A stretch of 32,000 nucleotides of DNA from Rhizobiaceae bacterium (GTDB taxonomy: Bacteria; Pseudomonadota; Alphaproteobacteria; Rhizobiales; MH13). The DNA lies in contig CP121335.1 of NCBI GenBank assembly GCA_043513715.1, forward strand, positions 1,247,799 to 1,279,798, written 5' to 3'. A model generated the notes under the pieces. It was not told where the DNA came from. It was given only the letters and a program-made list of their open reading frames with translations, and did not search any database. Below, piece by piece: positions 8,547-16,603 of the stretch (position 1 is its first letter; each line of letters begins with the position of its first letter). The position numbers and the translations under genes are program-made.

Positions 8547-10364
8547 ATGGATCTTGAAACCGGCCTTGGCGCAGAGGCTAAGTCTCAAATGTGGGCGGAT
8601 GCGCTGACATGCGTTGCGCTGGTGGCACTGGATCCGGTGGCGTTTGGCGGCATGGTTGTGCACGCCCATGCTGGGCCGGTGCGTGATGGGCTGATGGAGG
8701 CCATGCGGGCGCTGGCGCCCGCCGACATGCCGATCCGTAAAATGCCAAGTCACATTGCTGATGAACGTCTGCTAGGCGGGCTGGATATGGCCGCCACTCT
8801 AAGCGCTGGAAAGCCTATTACCCAGCGTGGTTTGCTTTCCGAGGCCGATGGGGGCCTGTTGCTGGTGCCGATGGCCGAGCGTATGGAGGCGCTCACGGCG
8901 TCGCGCCTGACCGCGGTGCTTGATACGCATGTGGTTGCGCTGGAGCGTGATGGCATAACCGCCACGCTGCCTGCCAATCTGGGCGTGGTGGCGCTGGATG
9001 AGGGAATTGGCGAAGAATCGATTTCCCATGCCTTGGCTGATCGCATCGCGTTTCGTGCCGATCTTTCGCAGTTTTCCATTCGCGACATGCAACCGGCACC
9101 TCTCACTCGTGCGGAAATAGTAGCCGCCAAGCCGGTGTTCGCGGCAGGGCAGACCAGTGATCAACTGTTCGAGGTGATGACCGCGCTTGCCACCGCATTT
9201 GGTGTGTCTTCGGTGCGGGCGATCTTGTTTGCCATTCGCACCGCGCGCGGATTGGCGGCGCTGGACGGGCGAGCCGATGTGGAAGATCAGGACATTGAGA
9301 TGGCGGCCCGCCTGGTGATCGCACCGCGCGCGACCAGGCTGCCCTTGCAAGAAGACGAGCAGGATCAGCCGCGAGAAGAGTCTGAAGCACCACCGGAACC
9401 TGAGGAGCCTCAAGTTCAAAGCGAAGCGGATACTGATGATCCTCCGCCGCCGCCTGATGGCCCGCTAGAAGATCAGGTGCTGGAGGCAGTGGAAGCTGCA
9501 ATCCCTGCACAGCTGTTGGAGCAGTTGAAGCTTGGCGCGTCTATGGCCAGGTCGAGCCCGCAGAGCGCAGGCGGCAAGGGGGTGCAGCAACAGGCGCTGA
9601 TGCGCGGGCGACCGATTGGTTCGCGGCGCGGGCGGCTGGATGGCCGCTCGAAACTGCATGTTGTGGATACGTTGCGGGCTGCTGCCCCTTGGCAGCCGCT
9701 GCGTCGCCAGTCTGGCACTGCCTCGCGCATATCCGTGACCGGTGAAGACATCCGTGTGCGCCGCTTCAAGCAAAACGAAGAGAGCGTCACTATTTTCCTG
9801 GTGGATGCATCTGGTTCGGCGGCCCTGCACCGGCTTGCCGAGGTTAAGGGCGCGGTGGAACTGCTGCTGGCGGAAAGCTATGCCCGGCGGGACTATGTGG
9901 CGCTGATTGTGTTTCGCGGTGAGGGCGCAGAGCTTGTGCTGCCACCCACGCGCTCGCTGGTGCGGGCCAAGCGTTGCCTTGCCGGGGTGCCTGGCGGCGG
10001 TGGTACGCCGCTTGCCGCTGGTCTTGATGCCGGGCTTGATGTCGCGCTGGAATGCAAGCGCCAAAGCAAAAGCCCGCGTCTAGTGGTGATGAGCGATGCG
10101 CAGGCCAATGTTGGCTACGACGCAACGACGGGCCGTGCTGGTGCGCGCGAAGACGCGCTTACAGCGGCGCGCCGCATTGCCGCCAATGGCATTGCCGGGT
10201 TGTTTATAGATACCAGCCCCGCGCGGGGGGCTAAGCGCGGCGGGCCTTCAAAGGCCGCAGAAATTGCGCAGGCCATGCAGGCCATTCATCTTGCGCTGCC
10301 TTACCCCAGTGCAAGCGGCCTTAAAGAGTTGGTTGCTGGTACGCAGCGGCAGCGGGCGAGCTAG
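8547..10364 (+). CDS. bchD: Magnesium chelatase subunit D
   Basis: 605 aa with a degenerate AAA+ N-domain, an acidic Pro-rich linker (EDEQDQPREESEAPPEPEEP...DDPPPPPDGP) and a C-terminal vWA domain (IFLVDASGS). It starts 3 nt after the bchI stop. Confidence 0.95.
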   Translation: MDLETGLGAEAKSQMWADALTCVALVALDPVAFGGMVVHAHAGPVRDGLMEAMRALAPADMPIRKMPSHIADERLLGGLDMAATLSAGKPITQRGLLSEADGGLLLVPMAERMEALTASRLTAVLDTHVVALERDGITATLPANLGVVALDEGIGEESISHALADRIAFRADLSQFSIRDMQPAPLTRAEIVAAKPVFAAGQTSDQLFEVMTALATAFGVSSVRAILFAIRTARGLAALDGRADVEDQDIEMAARLVIAPRATRLPLQEDEQDQPREESEAPPEPEEPQVQSEADTDDPPPPPDGPLEDQVLEAVEAAIPAQLLEQLKLGASMARSSPQSAGGKGVQQQALMRGRPIGSRRGRLDGRSKLHVVDTLRAAAPWQPLRRQSGTASRISVTGEDIRVRRFKQNEESVTIFLVDASGSAALHRLAEVKGAVELLLAESYARRDYVALIVFRGEGAELVLPPTRSLVRAKRCLAGVPGGGGTPLAAGLDAGLDVALECKRQSKSPRLVVMSDAQANVGYDATTGRAGAREDALTAARRIAANGIAGLFIDTSPARGAKRGGPSKAAEIAQAMQAIHLALPYPSASGLKELVAGTQRQRAS

Positions 10365-10365
10365 T

Positions 10366-11304
10366 GTGAGCCTGCGCCAAACAACTTCTTGCCCATCGGC
10401 TGCGCTGTCTTGGCGTGTGCACAGCCGCCACTGGCCGCACGCTGAAGCGAGCCGGTTTATCGATGCTGGTGGCATGCGCTGGCACGTGCAGGATATGGGA
10501 GAGGGCCCCACACTTTTATTGGTCCATGGGGCAGGTGCCTCAACGCACAGTTGGCGCGATATGATGCCTGGCTTGGCGCAGCATTGCCGCGTTATCGCCA
10601 TCGATCTGCCTGGCCATGCTTTCAGCGGGGCTCCCTCGGCTTACCGACCCACGCTGAACCGGGTGGCCAGCCTGCTGGGCGAGTTGATCGCGGTCCTGGG
10701 CGTGGATGTGCGCCTTGCCATTGGCCACTCGGCGGGCGCTGCGACGCTATCGCGTATGGTCCTGGATAATCGTTTGCAGCCCGCCGGACTGGTCAGCTTC
10801 AATGGTGCATTTCAGCCTTTTGATGGCGCAGCAGGCGCCATTTTTCCAGCCCTTGCCAAACTGCTGTTCGTCAATCCGCTGGCACCGCGATTGTTTGCCT
10901 TGGGTGGGCAAAGCCAACGTCGGGTGCTGCGCTTGATCGAAGGCACCGGGTCGCGCATCTCGACGGAAGGTTTGCGCCACTATTCCACCCTCATGCAGTC
11001 ACCGGGGCATATTGCTGGTGTCTTAGGCATGATGGCCAATTGGGAGTTAACTGAGCTGATGGCTGAAATGCCTGCCATGCAGATGCCCATGTTGCTGATT
11101 GCGGCGCAAAACGACAAGGCTGTACCGCCAAAGGTCAGCGCGGACGTGGCGGCGCGCTGCACAACGACAACGCTTGAGTTGTGGCCTGGCCTTGGGCATC
11201 TGGCGCATGAAGAAGAGCCAGACAAATCGGTTGCCCGTGTTTTGGATTTTGCCCGTCAGGTCGGCGTTTTGCCTGCAACTAAGGGTGAGCATACGCAGAA
11301 CTGA
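10366..11304 (+). CDS. bchO: Magnesium-chelatase-associated alpha/beta hydrolase
   Basis: RFIDAGGMRWHVQDMGEGPTLLLVHGAGAS, nucleophile elbow GHSAGA, and a C-terminal GHLAHEE. GTG at 10366, 1 nt after the bchD stop, is the most plausible start. The tracked ORF start at 10264 lies inside bchD. Confidence 0.85.
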   Translation: MSLRQTTSCPSAALSWRVHSRHWPHAEASRFIDAGGMRWHVQDMGEGPTLLLVHGAGASTHSWRDMMPGLAQHCRVIAIDLPGHAFSGAPSAYRPTLNRVASLLGELIAVLGVDVRLAIGHSAGAATLSRMVLDNRLQPAGLVSFNGAFQPFDGAAGAIFPALAKLLFVNPLAPRLFALGGQSQRRVLRLIEGTGSRISTEGLRHYSTLMQSPGHIAGVLGMMANWELTELMAEMPAMQMPMLLIAAQNDKAVPPKVSADVAARCTTTTLELWPGLGHLAHEEEPDKSVARVLDFARQVGVLPATKGEHTQN

Positions 11305-11408
11305 TGTTGCCCTTGCGGCGCAGCTGTTCTTATATCCTTGCCAACGATAAAAAAGGCGCAGTTCTCTGGTTACCCCTGTCCTCAAAGCGAGCTTACAAAA
11401 GGGTTGGA

Positions 11409-12424
11409 ATGAAGAAGCCTGCCGGTCGCTGATCCGGCAAGGGTCGAAGTCCTTTTACGCCGCTTCGCTTCTGCTGCCACAGCGTATCCGCAAGCCTGCC
11501 TATGCGCTCTATGCCTTTTGCCGCCTCTCCGACGATGCAGTCGACGCGCTGGATGCACCAGCTGATGCGGTGGAGCGGCTTCGAGAGCGGCTAGACCTTG
11601 CCTATGCTGAAAAACCCAAAAATATCCCTGCAGATCGGGCCTTTGCGGAAATGATCCAGCACCATCAAATGCCACGCGAACTGCCCGAGGCTTTGCTTGA
11701 AGGTTTGGAGTGGGATAGCAAAGGCTGGTCGCCGAAAACCTTGTCTGACACGTACGCCTACAGTGCGCGTGTTGCCTCTGCCGTGGGTGCAATGATGACG
11801 GTGCTGATGGGCGGGCGCGATGCTGATACCATGGCGCGGGCTTGCGATCTTGGCGTTGCCATGCAGCTCACCAACATTGCCCGCGACGTGGGCGAAGATG
11901 CTCGCAATGGCCGCACCTACATTCCAACTGATTGGCTCGAAGAGGCTGGCGTGGACGTCGAGGCGTTTCTGGCGAGCCCGGTTTTTGACGAGCGCATTGC
12001 AGCCTGCACCGAGCGTCTACTGGAAGCAGCTGACATGCTTTATGATCGCTCACTTGGTGGCATTGCAGCGTTGCCGGCTGACTGTCGCCCAGCCATTCAT
12101 GCTGCCCGGCTGATCTACCGAGAGATTGGCCGCAAAGTGGCATCCAACGGCTACAACTCCGTGGATCAGCGCGCCTTTGTTTCCAAGCATCGCAAGCTCG
12201 TGCTGTTGGGTTCGGCCTGCAATGCCGCCGTTTGGGCACCGCACAGCGAGCCTGCGCCAGCCTTGGCAGAAACGGCGTTTCTGGTGGATGCAGTTCCACC
12301 GTTGAGTGATCGGGTGGCAATGCCTGCAAGCAAAGATATCCGCTCGGCGGAGCGCATTATTGAGCTGCTCGAAAAATTAGACCAAAGCGAGCGAGCCCAA
12401 AGTACGCGCGCGCAGTCATCTTAA
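11409..12424 (+). CDS. crtB: Phytoene synthase with a 5' frame problem
   Basis: CRSLIRQGSKSFYAASLLLP, YAFCRLSDDAVD (first Asp-rich motif) and ARDVGEDARNGRTYIP (second). The conserved frame is open from 11351, but its first ATG/GTG/TTG is GTG 11570, downstream of the first Asp-rich motif. An SD-preceded ATG at 11409 is in the adjacent frame, one base off. Confidence 0.85.
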
Positions 12425-12488
12425 GTCAGCAAACCGCTTTCCATCCAAGGCATGCGTCTATACGTAGGCTTTGGTGAAGGGATTGCTG

Positions 12489-12968
12489 ATGGATTTTCCG
12501 ATTTCCTGGTCGATGATTACATTTTTTGCGGTGACATTCGTTGCCGCATTGTCGGGCGGTTATTTTCGACCCGGCGCGTGGTACCGCGATCTTGCTAAGC
12601 CAAGCTGGAACCCGCCGGACTTTTTGTTCCCCATCGCCTGGACAATCCTCTACGCCATGATGGCCTTTGCCGCATGGCTGGTGTGGGAGGCTGTTGGCTG
12701 GCCCGCTGCTGCTGTGCCCATTGGCTTCTGGGTGGCGCAGTTGGTGTTCAACGCGCTTTGGTCAGCCTTGTTCTTCGGTATGAAGCGCATGGATTATGCG
12801 CTTGTGGACGTTGTGTTTCTTTGGCTGTCCATCGCAGCTTGCATTGCCAAGTTCTGGCCGATCAGTCAGCTGGCCGCGTGGCTCATGTTACCCTATCTGG
12901 CATGGGTCAGCTTTGCAGCGTTCCTGAACCTTACGATCCTGCGGCTTAATCCAGCGCAGGCAAGCTGA
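12489..12968 (+). CDS. tspO: Tryptophan-rich sensory protein TspO (CrtK)
   Basis: Five-TM protein with WYRDLAKPSWNPPDFLFPIAWTILY and LPYLAWVSFAAFLN. The ATG at 12489 is preferred over the TTG at 12471. Confidence 0.9.
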   Translation: MDFPISWSMITFFAVTFVAALSGGYFRPGAWYRDLAKPSWNPPDFLFPIAWTILYAMMAFAAWLVWEAVGWPAAAVPIGFWVAQLVFNALWSALFFGMKRMDYALVDVVFLWLSIAACIAKFWPISQLAAWLMLPYLAWVSFAAFLNLTILRLNPAQAS

Positions 12969-13129
12969 TGGACGAGGTAAGCTGGGTTGTGGGTTTTAAA
13001 AGCTCGCTCTTCATTATCGTGTTTGGCTTTGTGTTTATCGCGCTGTTCTGGCAGCTACGTTCGGTGGAAAAGACCATCAAAAAGCGCAAGGCCAAGGAAG
13101 CATCAGAGGCTGAGGCCGCTGATTCTTAA
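12968..13129 (+). CDS. Small single-TM protein (53 aa), absent from the ORF track
   Basis: Its ATG overlaps the tspO TGA (TGATG). It encodes MDEVSWVVGFKSSLFIIVFGFVFIALFWQLRSVEKTIKKRKAKEASEAEAADS, one hydrophobic helix plus a charged tail. Its TAA overlaps the crtC stop inside the palindrome CTTAAG. Confidence 0.4.
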   Translation: MDEVSWVVGFKSSLFIIVFGFVFIALFWQLRSVEKTIKKRKAKEASEAEAADS

Positions 13130-14337
13130 GGGCGCCATTTTGATCGCCTTGGCATTTTGAAGGGCAGCATCAACTTCACGATAGGGTTGGCAAAGCGGTC
13201 CAGGTTCAAGCTTTCGTGCACCGCTGGCACGGCCTTCCCGCCAAGCACCATCTGCAGTGCGTCACGGGTGTAGAAGGGCGCATCGACAAATGTGGTGGTG
13301 ATATGCGTGCGGCTTGCGTCCTGTGACCGCGTGTTGCGCGCCACACCCCATAGGCCGCGCTTCAACTTTACAGGCGGTGGCACATCGCATGGTGTGACTG
13401 TTCCATCGGTTCCAACATGGATCGCAATGGTCTTTTGAAAGCCCGATCTCTCTTCGGGTTCGTAAAAGATAATTGCCCCATCCTCCACGCTTGCCCGCGA
13501 CCATGTCCAGCCTGAAAAGTCGGCTTCGAGCGCTGCCTTGCCGGTGTTGGTGTCGCTGTAGCCGTGGCCGCTCCACGAAAGGCCGGGGCTTTCAAAGTCG
13601 GCTTCAATGTGCCCGAACGGTGCGTAGGGCCACCAGTGGTGGCGGGCGGTTGAGTCGAGTGCAAAGTGCTGCGGCTGGGCCACATGCGGTGTAAAGCGGA
13701 TTTGCCCCTTCAGCTTTGAGGGCAGGGGGGCGGTGACCTCGTTGACGTCGATCACCAGCGTATCAGCTTCCCAGCGAAGCGAACTTGGCCCGACGGTGAA
13801 ATGATCGGGCCCATCATTGAGCGCGCTGCGCCCGCGTTCGGTCATCGCCCAACGCGCTTTGGGGCCATAAAGCGCGACATTGATGTTGATGTGATCGTAC
13901 GGGTCCTTGCGACCCGACCAAGCGTAGTAGGGCGAGAACACGGAGCCAACAAACGCAATGACCGATAGCCCGTGCAGGCCATCATCGCTTAAGCCGTCGA
14001 CATACCACCAACGGTAACCGCCCGGCGTGACGGGCGCGTCGAAGCGAGGTCGGCAACGATCCGCGCTGCCGCCAGGCGGCCCGAAAGGGCTGCCATCGGC
14101 ACCCCCGGACCCGGATGCACGCTGCCCCCCGCCAGGTAAAGCCCCGGAATGCTGGTGCGATTGTCCGGCCGCGCGAAGCTGGCCAGGCTCGAGTGGTTCG
14201 CCCGCCCGTACAGCGCTCCCCCGCTCGCCGGAAACAGCTGGTTGAAGCCCTGAGGCCCGGTCGGTACGCTCGCTGTCTCGTCCACGTTCACGGTTAGCCC
14301 GCAGGCTTTCAGGCGCGCCAGCGTGCGGTCCATGCAT
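13126..14337 (-). CDS. crtC: Acyclic carotenoid 1,2-hydratase (hydroxyneurosporene synthase); start unresolved
   Basis: The conserved CrtC sequence starts near 14052 (RPRFDAPVTPGGYRWWYVDGLSDDGLHGLSVIAFVGSVFSPYYAW). The only in-frame canonical start upstream of it is ATG 14337 (AGGAG-N8-ATG), which lies 349 nt inside crtD. The next downstream start is the GTG at the V of VFSPYY. Confidence 0.8.
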   Translation of the reverse strand: MHGPHAGAPESLRANRERGRDSERTDRASGLQPAVSGERGSAVRAGEPLEPGQLRAAGQSHQHSGALPGGGQRASGSGGADGSPFGPPGGSADRCRPRFDAPVTPGGYRWWYVDGLSDDGLHGLSVIAFVGSVFSPYYAWSGRKDPYDHININVALYGPKARWAMTERGRSALNDGPDHFTVGPSSLRWEADTLVIDVNEVTAPLPSKLKGQIRFTPHVAQPQHFALDSTARHHWWPYAPFGHIEADFESPGLSWSGHGYSDTNTGKAALEADFSGWTWSRASVEDGAIIFYEPEERSGFQKTIAIHVGTDGTVTPCDVPPPVKLKRGLWGVARNTRSQDASRTHITTTFVDAPFYTRDALQMVLGGKAVPAVHESLNLDRFANPIVKLMLPFKMPRRSKWRP

Positions 14338-15530
14338 TGTTCCATCTCCTGCGTATGGATGTCTAATTCGGGGTTTTGATCGCCATTGGGCGGTGCGTTG
14401 ATGACCATCAGCATGCGCTCCGCGCTGCCAGGTTCGGCTAGATCACCTGTGTCGGCGCGGTCTTGCGCGCAGATATAGACGGTCGGATCGGATGGGTATT
14501 GGCCGCGCTTGAAGACGGCCTGAAACTCTTCGCGGTAGTCTTGCCCAAAGAACACCGTGTGGTGGGCGAGCGGCAAACCGTCGGTTTTCGCCTTCAGTGC
14601 CCAGCCAATGGCTGACAGGCTGCGTTTGGCTGGCTTGACTGGTTTCACCGCGCTCTTCACGCCCTCGCCAAACAGGCCAACGCCCAGCGCTGAAGCGTCG
14701 GCGTTGGCAACCACGATGTCGGCGCTATGGCGTTCGCCATTTTCTAGGTGAATGGCACGGGCTGCACCGCGTTCTACCTCAATGCTCGCAACTTTGGCCC
14801 CGGTCTGGATGGTGACACCCTTGGCGATGCACGCGCGTTTGAGCACCTGCGCCAGTTCACGCATGCCGCCTTTCACAATCCACACGCCGTCAAGCTCCAC
14901 ATGGGCGATCAGCATCAATGTAGCAGGAGCAAGAAAAGGCGAGGCGCCAGTATAGGTGGAATAGCGGCCAAAAAGCTGCACAAGGCGCGGATCTTTGAAC
15001 CTGCCATCCAGCGCCGACCAGAGAGTTGAAAACGGCTTTACAGCCAGTCCCTTTGGGCCGAGTTTGGCGCTCATGCCCAGGAATGATGGTTTGGAGGAGC
15101 GCAGGAACGGGCTTTCCAGCGTCGCATACATGTCTGCCGCTTCCTTGGCGAAGGTGCGGAAATTCTGTGCTTCACTGGGACCACAAAAGGCACCTATGGC
15201 CTCAGCGCTTTGATCAAGGTTTGCAAAAAGGTCCAGTGTGCCGGTTTCATCCCACGCATGGCGGGCTAAAATATTGGCCTTGGACAGGGTAATCGCCTCA
15301 TCGAAGTTGAGGCCGGCCTCTGCAAACAGCTCGTCAAACACCCATTTCATCGTAAAAACTGTGGGGCCGCCGTCAATCTTGGAGTTGCCAGCAGGTACGG
15401 CGCGCATCTTGCCGCCCACCTCGTTTTGCGCCTCCAGCACGGTCACCTGCAGGCCTTTGCCAGCAAGGGCAAGGGCCGCAGAGAGGCCGCCAACGCCAGC
15501 GCCAACGATCAATGCATGGTGGTCAGGCAA
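13989..15530 (-). CDS. crtD: 1-hydroxycarotenoid 3,4-desaturase (methoxyneurosporene dehydrogenase)
   Basis: CrtI-family flavoprotein with LIVGAGVGGLSAALALA...LEA...GGK and a C-terminal GLYLAGGSVHPGPGVPMAALSG. The start is TTG at 15530 or the TTG 18 nt downstream. Confidence 0.93.
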   Translation of the reverse strand: MPDHHALIVGAGVGGLSAALALAGKGLQVTVLEAQNEVGGKMRAVPAGNSKIDGGPTVFTMKWVFDELFAEAGLNFDEAITLSKANILARHAWDETGTLDLFANLDQSAEAIGAFCGPSEAQNFRTFAKEAADMYATLESPFLRSSKPSFLGMSAKLGPKGLAVKPFSTLWSALDGRFKDPRLVQLFGRYSTYTGASPFLAPATLMLIAHVELDGVWIVKGGMRELAQVLKRACIAKGVTIQTGAKVASIEVERGAARAIHLENGERHSADIVVANADASALGVGLFGEGVKSAVKPVKPAKRSLSAIGWALKAKTDGLPLAHHTVFFGQDYREEFQAVFKRGQYPSDPTVYICAQDRADTGDLAEPGSAERMLMVINAPPNGDQNPELDIHTQEMEQCMDRTLARLKACGLTVNVDETASVPTGPQGFNQLFPASGGALYGRANHSSLASFARPDNRTSIPGLYLAGGSVHPGPGVPMAALSGRLAAARIVADLASTRPSRRAVTVGGMSTA

Positions 15531-15552
15531 ATTGTTTACTCAGCGTTATAAG

Positions 15553-15570
15553 TGTCAAACATTATTGACA
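15553..15570. promoter_or_regulatory. PpsR/CrtJ palindrome in the crtD/crtE divergent promoter region
   Basis: The sequence aagTGTCAAacattaTTGACAct is a perfect extended palindrome. Its right arm TTGACA (15565-15570) reads as a -35 hexamer, with TAGATT 16 nt downstream pointing toward crtE. Confidence 0.75.
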
Positions 15571-15584
15571 CTATGCTAAGTCGC

Positions 15585-15602
15585 TGTAGATTGACAATAA
15601 CG
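15585..15602. promoter_or_regulatory. Second, degenerate PpsR/CrtJ-like box (TGT-N12-ACG) near the putative crtE -10
   Basis: The sequence TGTagattgacaataACG lies 14 nt after the first box and overlaps the candidate -10 TAGATT. Confidence 0.3.
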
Positions 15603-15678
15603 GAAAGCAACAAGCCAAACCTTGCCAGGGCGCCCGTCGCTAAGGCAGTTTGCGTTTAAGGCAGCCACGCTGCAAAGG

Positions 15679-16557
15679 ATGGTCTCTATGGATAATATGT
15701 CACGCATCGACCATGCCTTGAAGTCTGCCGTTGATTTGGCGGGTGGGCAGGACGCACCTCCCCAGCTTGCTGAAGCTATTCGCTACTCGTTGTTCCCTGG
15801 TGGTGCCCGTGTGCGGCCCCGCCTCTGTTTGGCTGTGGCATCAGCCTGTGGTGATGATCGCCCGGAGCTTACCAACGCTGCCGCTGCCGCTGTTGAACTG
15901 CTGCACTGCGCCTCGCTGGTGCACGATGATATGCCCTGCTTTGATGATGCTGACACGCGCCGTGGTCGCCCAGCAGTGCACACTGCCTATGGCGAGCCGC
16001 TGGCCTTGCTGGCGGGGGATGGCATGATTGTGCTGGCGTTCGATGTGCTGGCACGCGCTGCCAGCAACGCGCCTGAGCGCCTCGCCCCGCTTATCACCAC
16101 TGTTGCTGGCGCTGTGGGCATGCCGAACGGAATTGTGGCTGGGCAGGGCTGGGAAAGCGAAACATCTGTGCCGGTCGAAGCCTATCACCGTGCCAAGACG
16201 GGTGCCCTGTTTGTTGGCTCTGCTATGGCAGGTGCCGTCGCGGCTGGTTCTGATCCTGCGCCTTGGCGCGCTTTGGGTGCCAAGCTGGGTGCTGCCTATC
16301 AAGCTGCTGACGATCTGCGTGATGCGCTGTGCGATGCCGAAGAAATGGGCAAGCCTGCGCATCAGGATGATGCCAATTCCCGGCCTAGCCTTGTTACTGA
16401 ATGCGGCGTGAAAGCCACCATTGGTCGCTTGGAAGGCTATGTCGCCGGTGCCATTGCAGCGATTCCTGACTGCAAGGGCAGGGAAGCGCTGGAAACGTTG
16501 ATTATGAGTGAAGCCAAGCGCCTGAAGCCCAAGAGCCTATCGCAGGCGGCAGCTTAA
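15679..16557 (+). CDS. crtE: Geranylgeranyl diphosphate synthase
   Basis: FARM motif LVHDDMPCFDDADTRRGRP and SARM motif AYQAADDLRD. The ATG at 15679 (MVSMDNMSRI) is preferred over the TTG at 15622. Confidence 0.93.
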   Translation: MVSMDNMSRIDHALKSAVDLAGGQDAPPQLAEAIRYSLFPGGARVRPRLCLAVASACGDDRPELTNAAAAAVELLHCASLVHDDMPCFDDADTRRGRPAVHTAYGEPLALLAGDGMIVLAFDVLARAASNAPERLAPLITTVAGAVGMPNGIVAGQGWESETSVPVEAYHRAKTGALFVGSAMAGAVAAGSDPAPWRALGAKLGAAYQAADDLRDALCDAEEMGKPAHQDDANSRPSLVTECGVKATIGRLEGYVAGAIAAIPDCKGREALETLIMSEAKRLKPKSLSQAAA

Positions 16558-16603
16558 GCCTCTATGTTGAATTTAGACCATTTCTGACGTCGCCCACGAC
16601 CCC

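Noticed and set aside
8067-8753. 228-aa minus-strand ORF across the bchI/bchD junction, and similar long antisense ORFs at 8799..9419 and 9465..10064
   Set aside because: These are shadow ORFs opposite strongly conserved bchI/bchD. They have no motifs, and their His/Arg/Gln-rich sequences look like low-complexity off-frame translation.
10264-10365. Upstream extension of the bchO ORF into bchD
   Set aside because: The extension overlaps the bchD C-terminus in another frame. GTG 10366, right after the bchD stop, gives a BchO of normal length.
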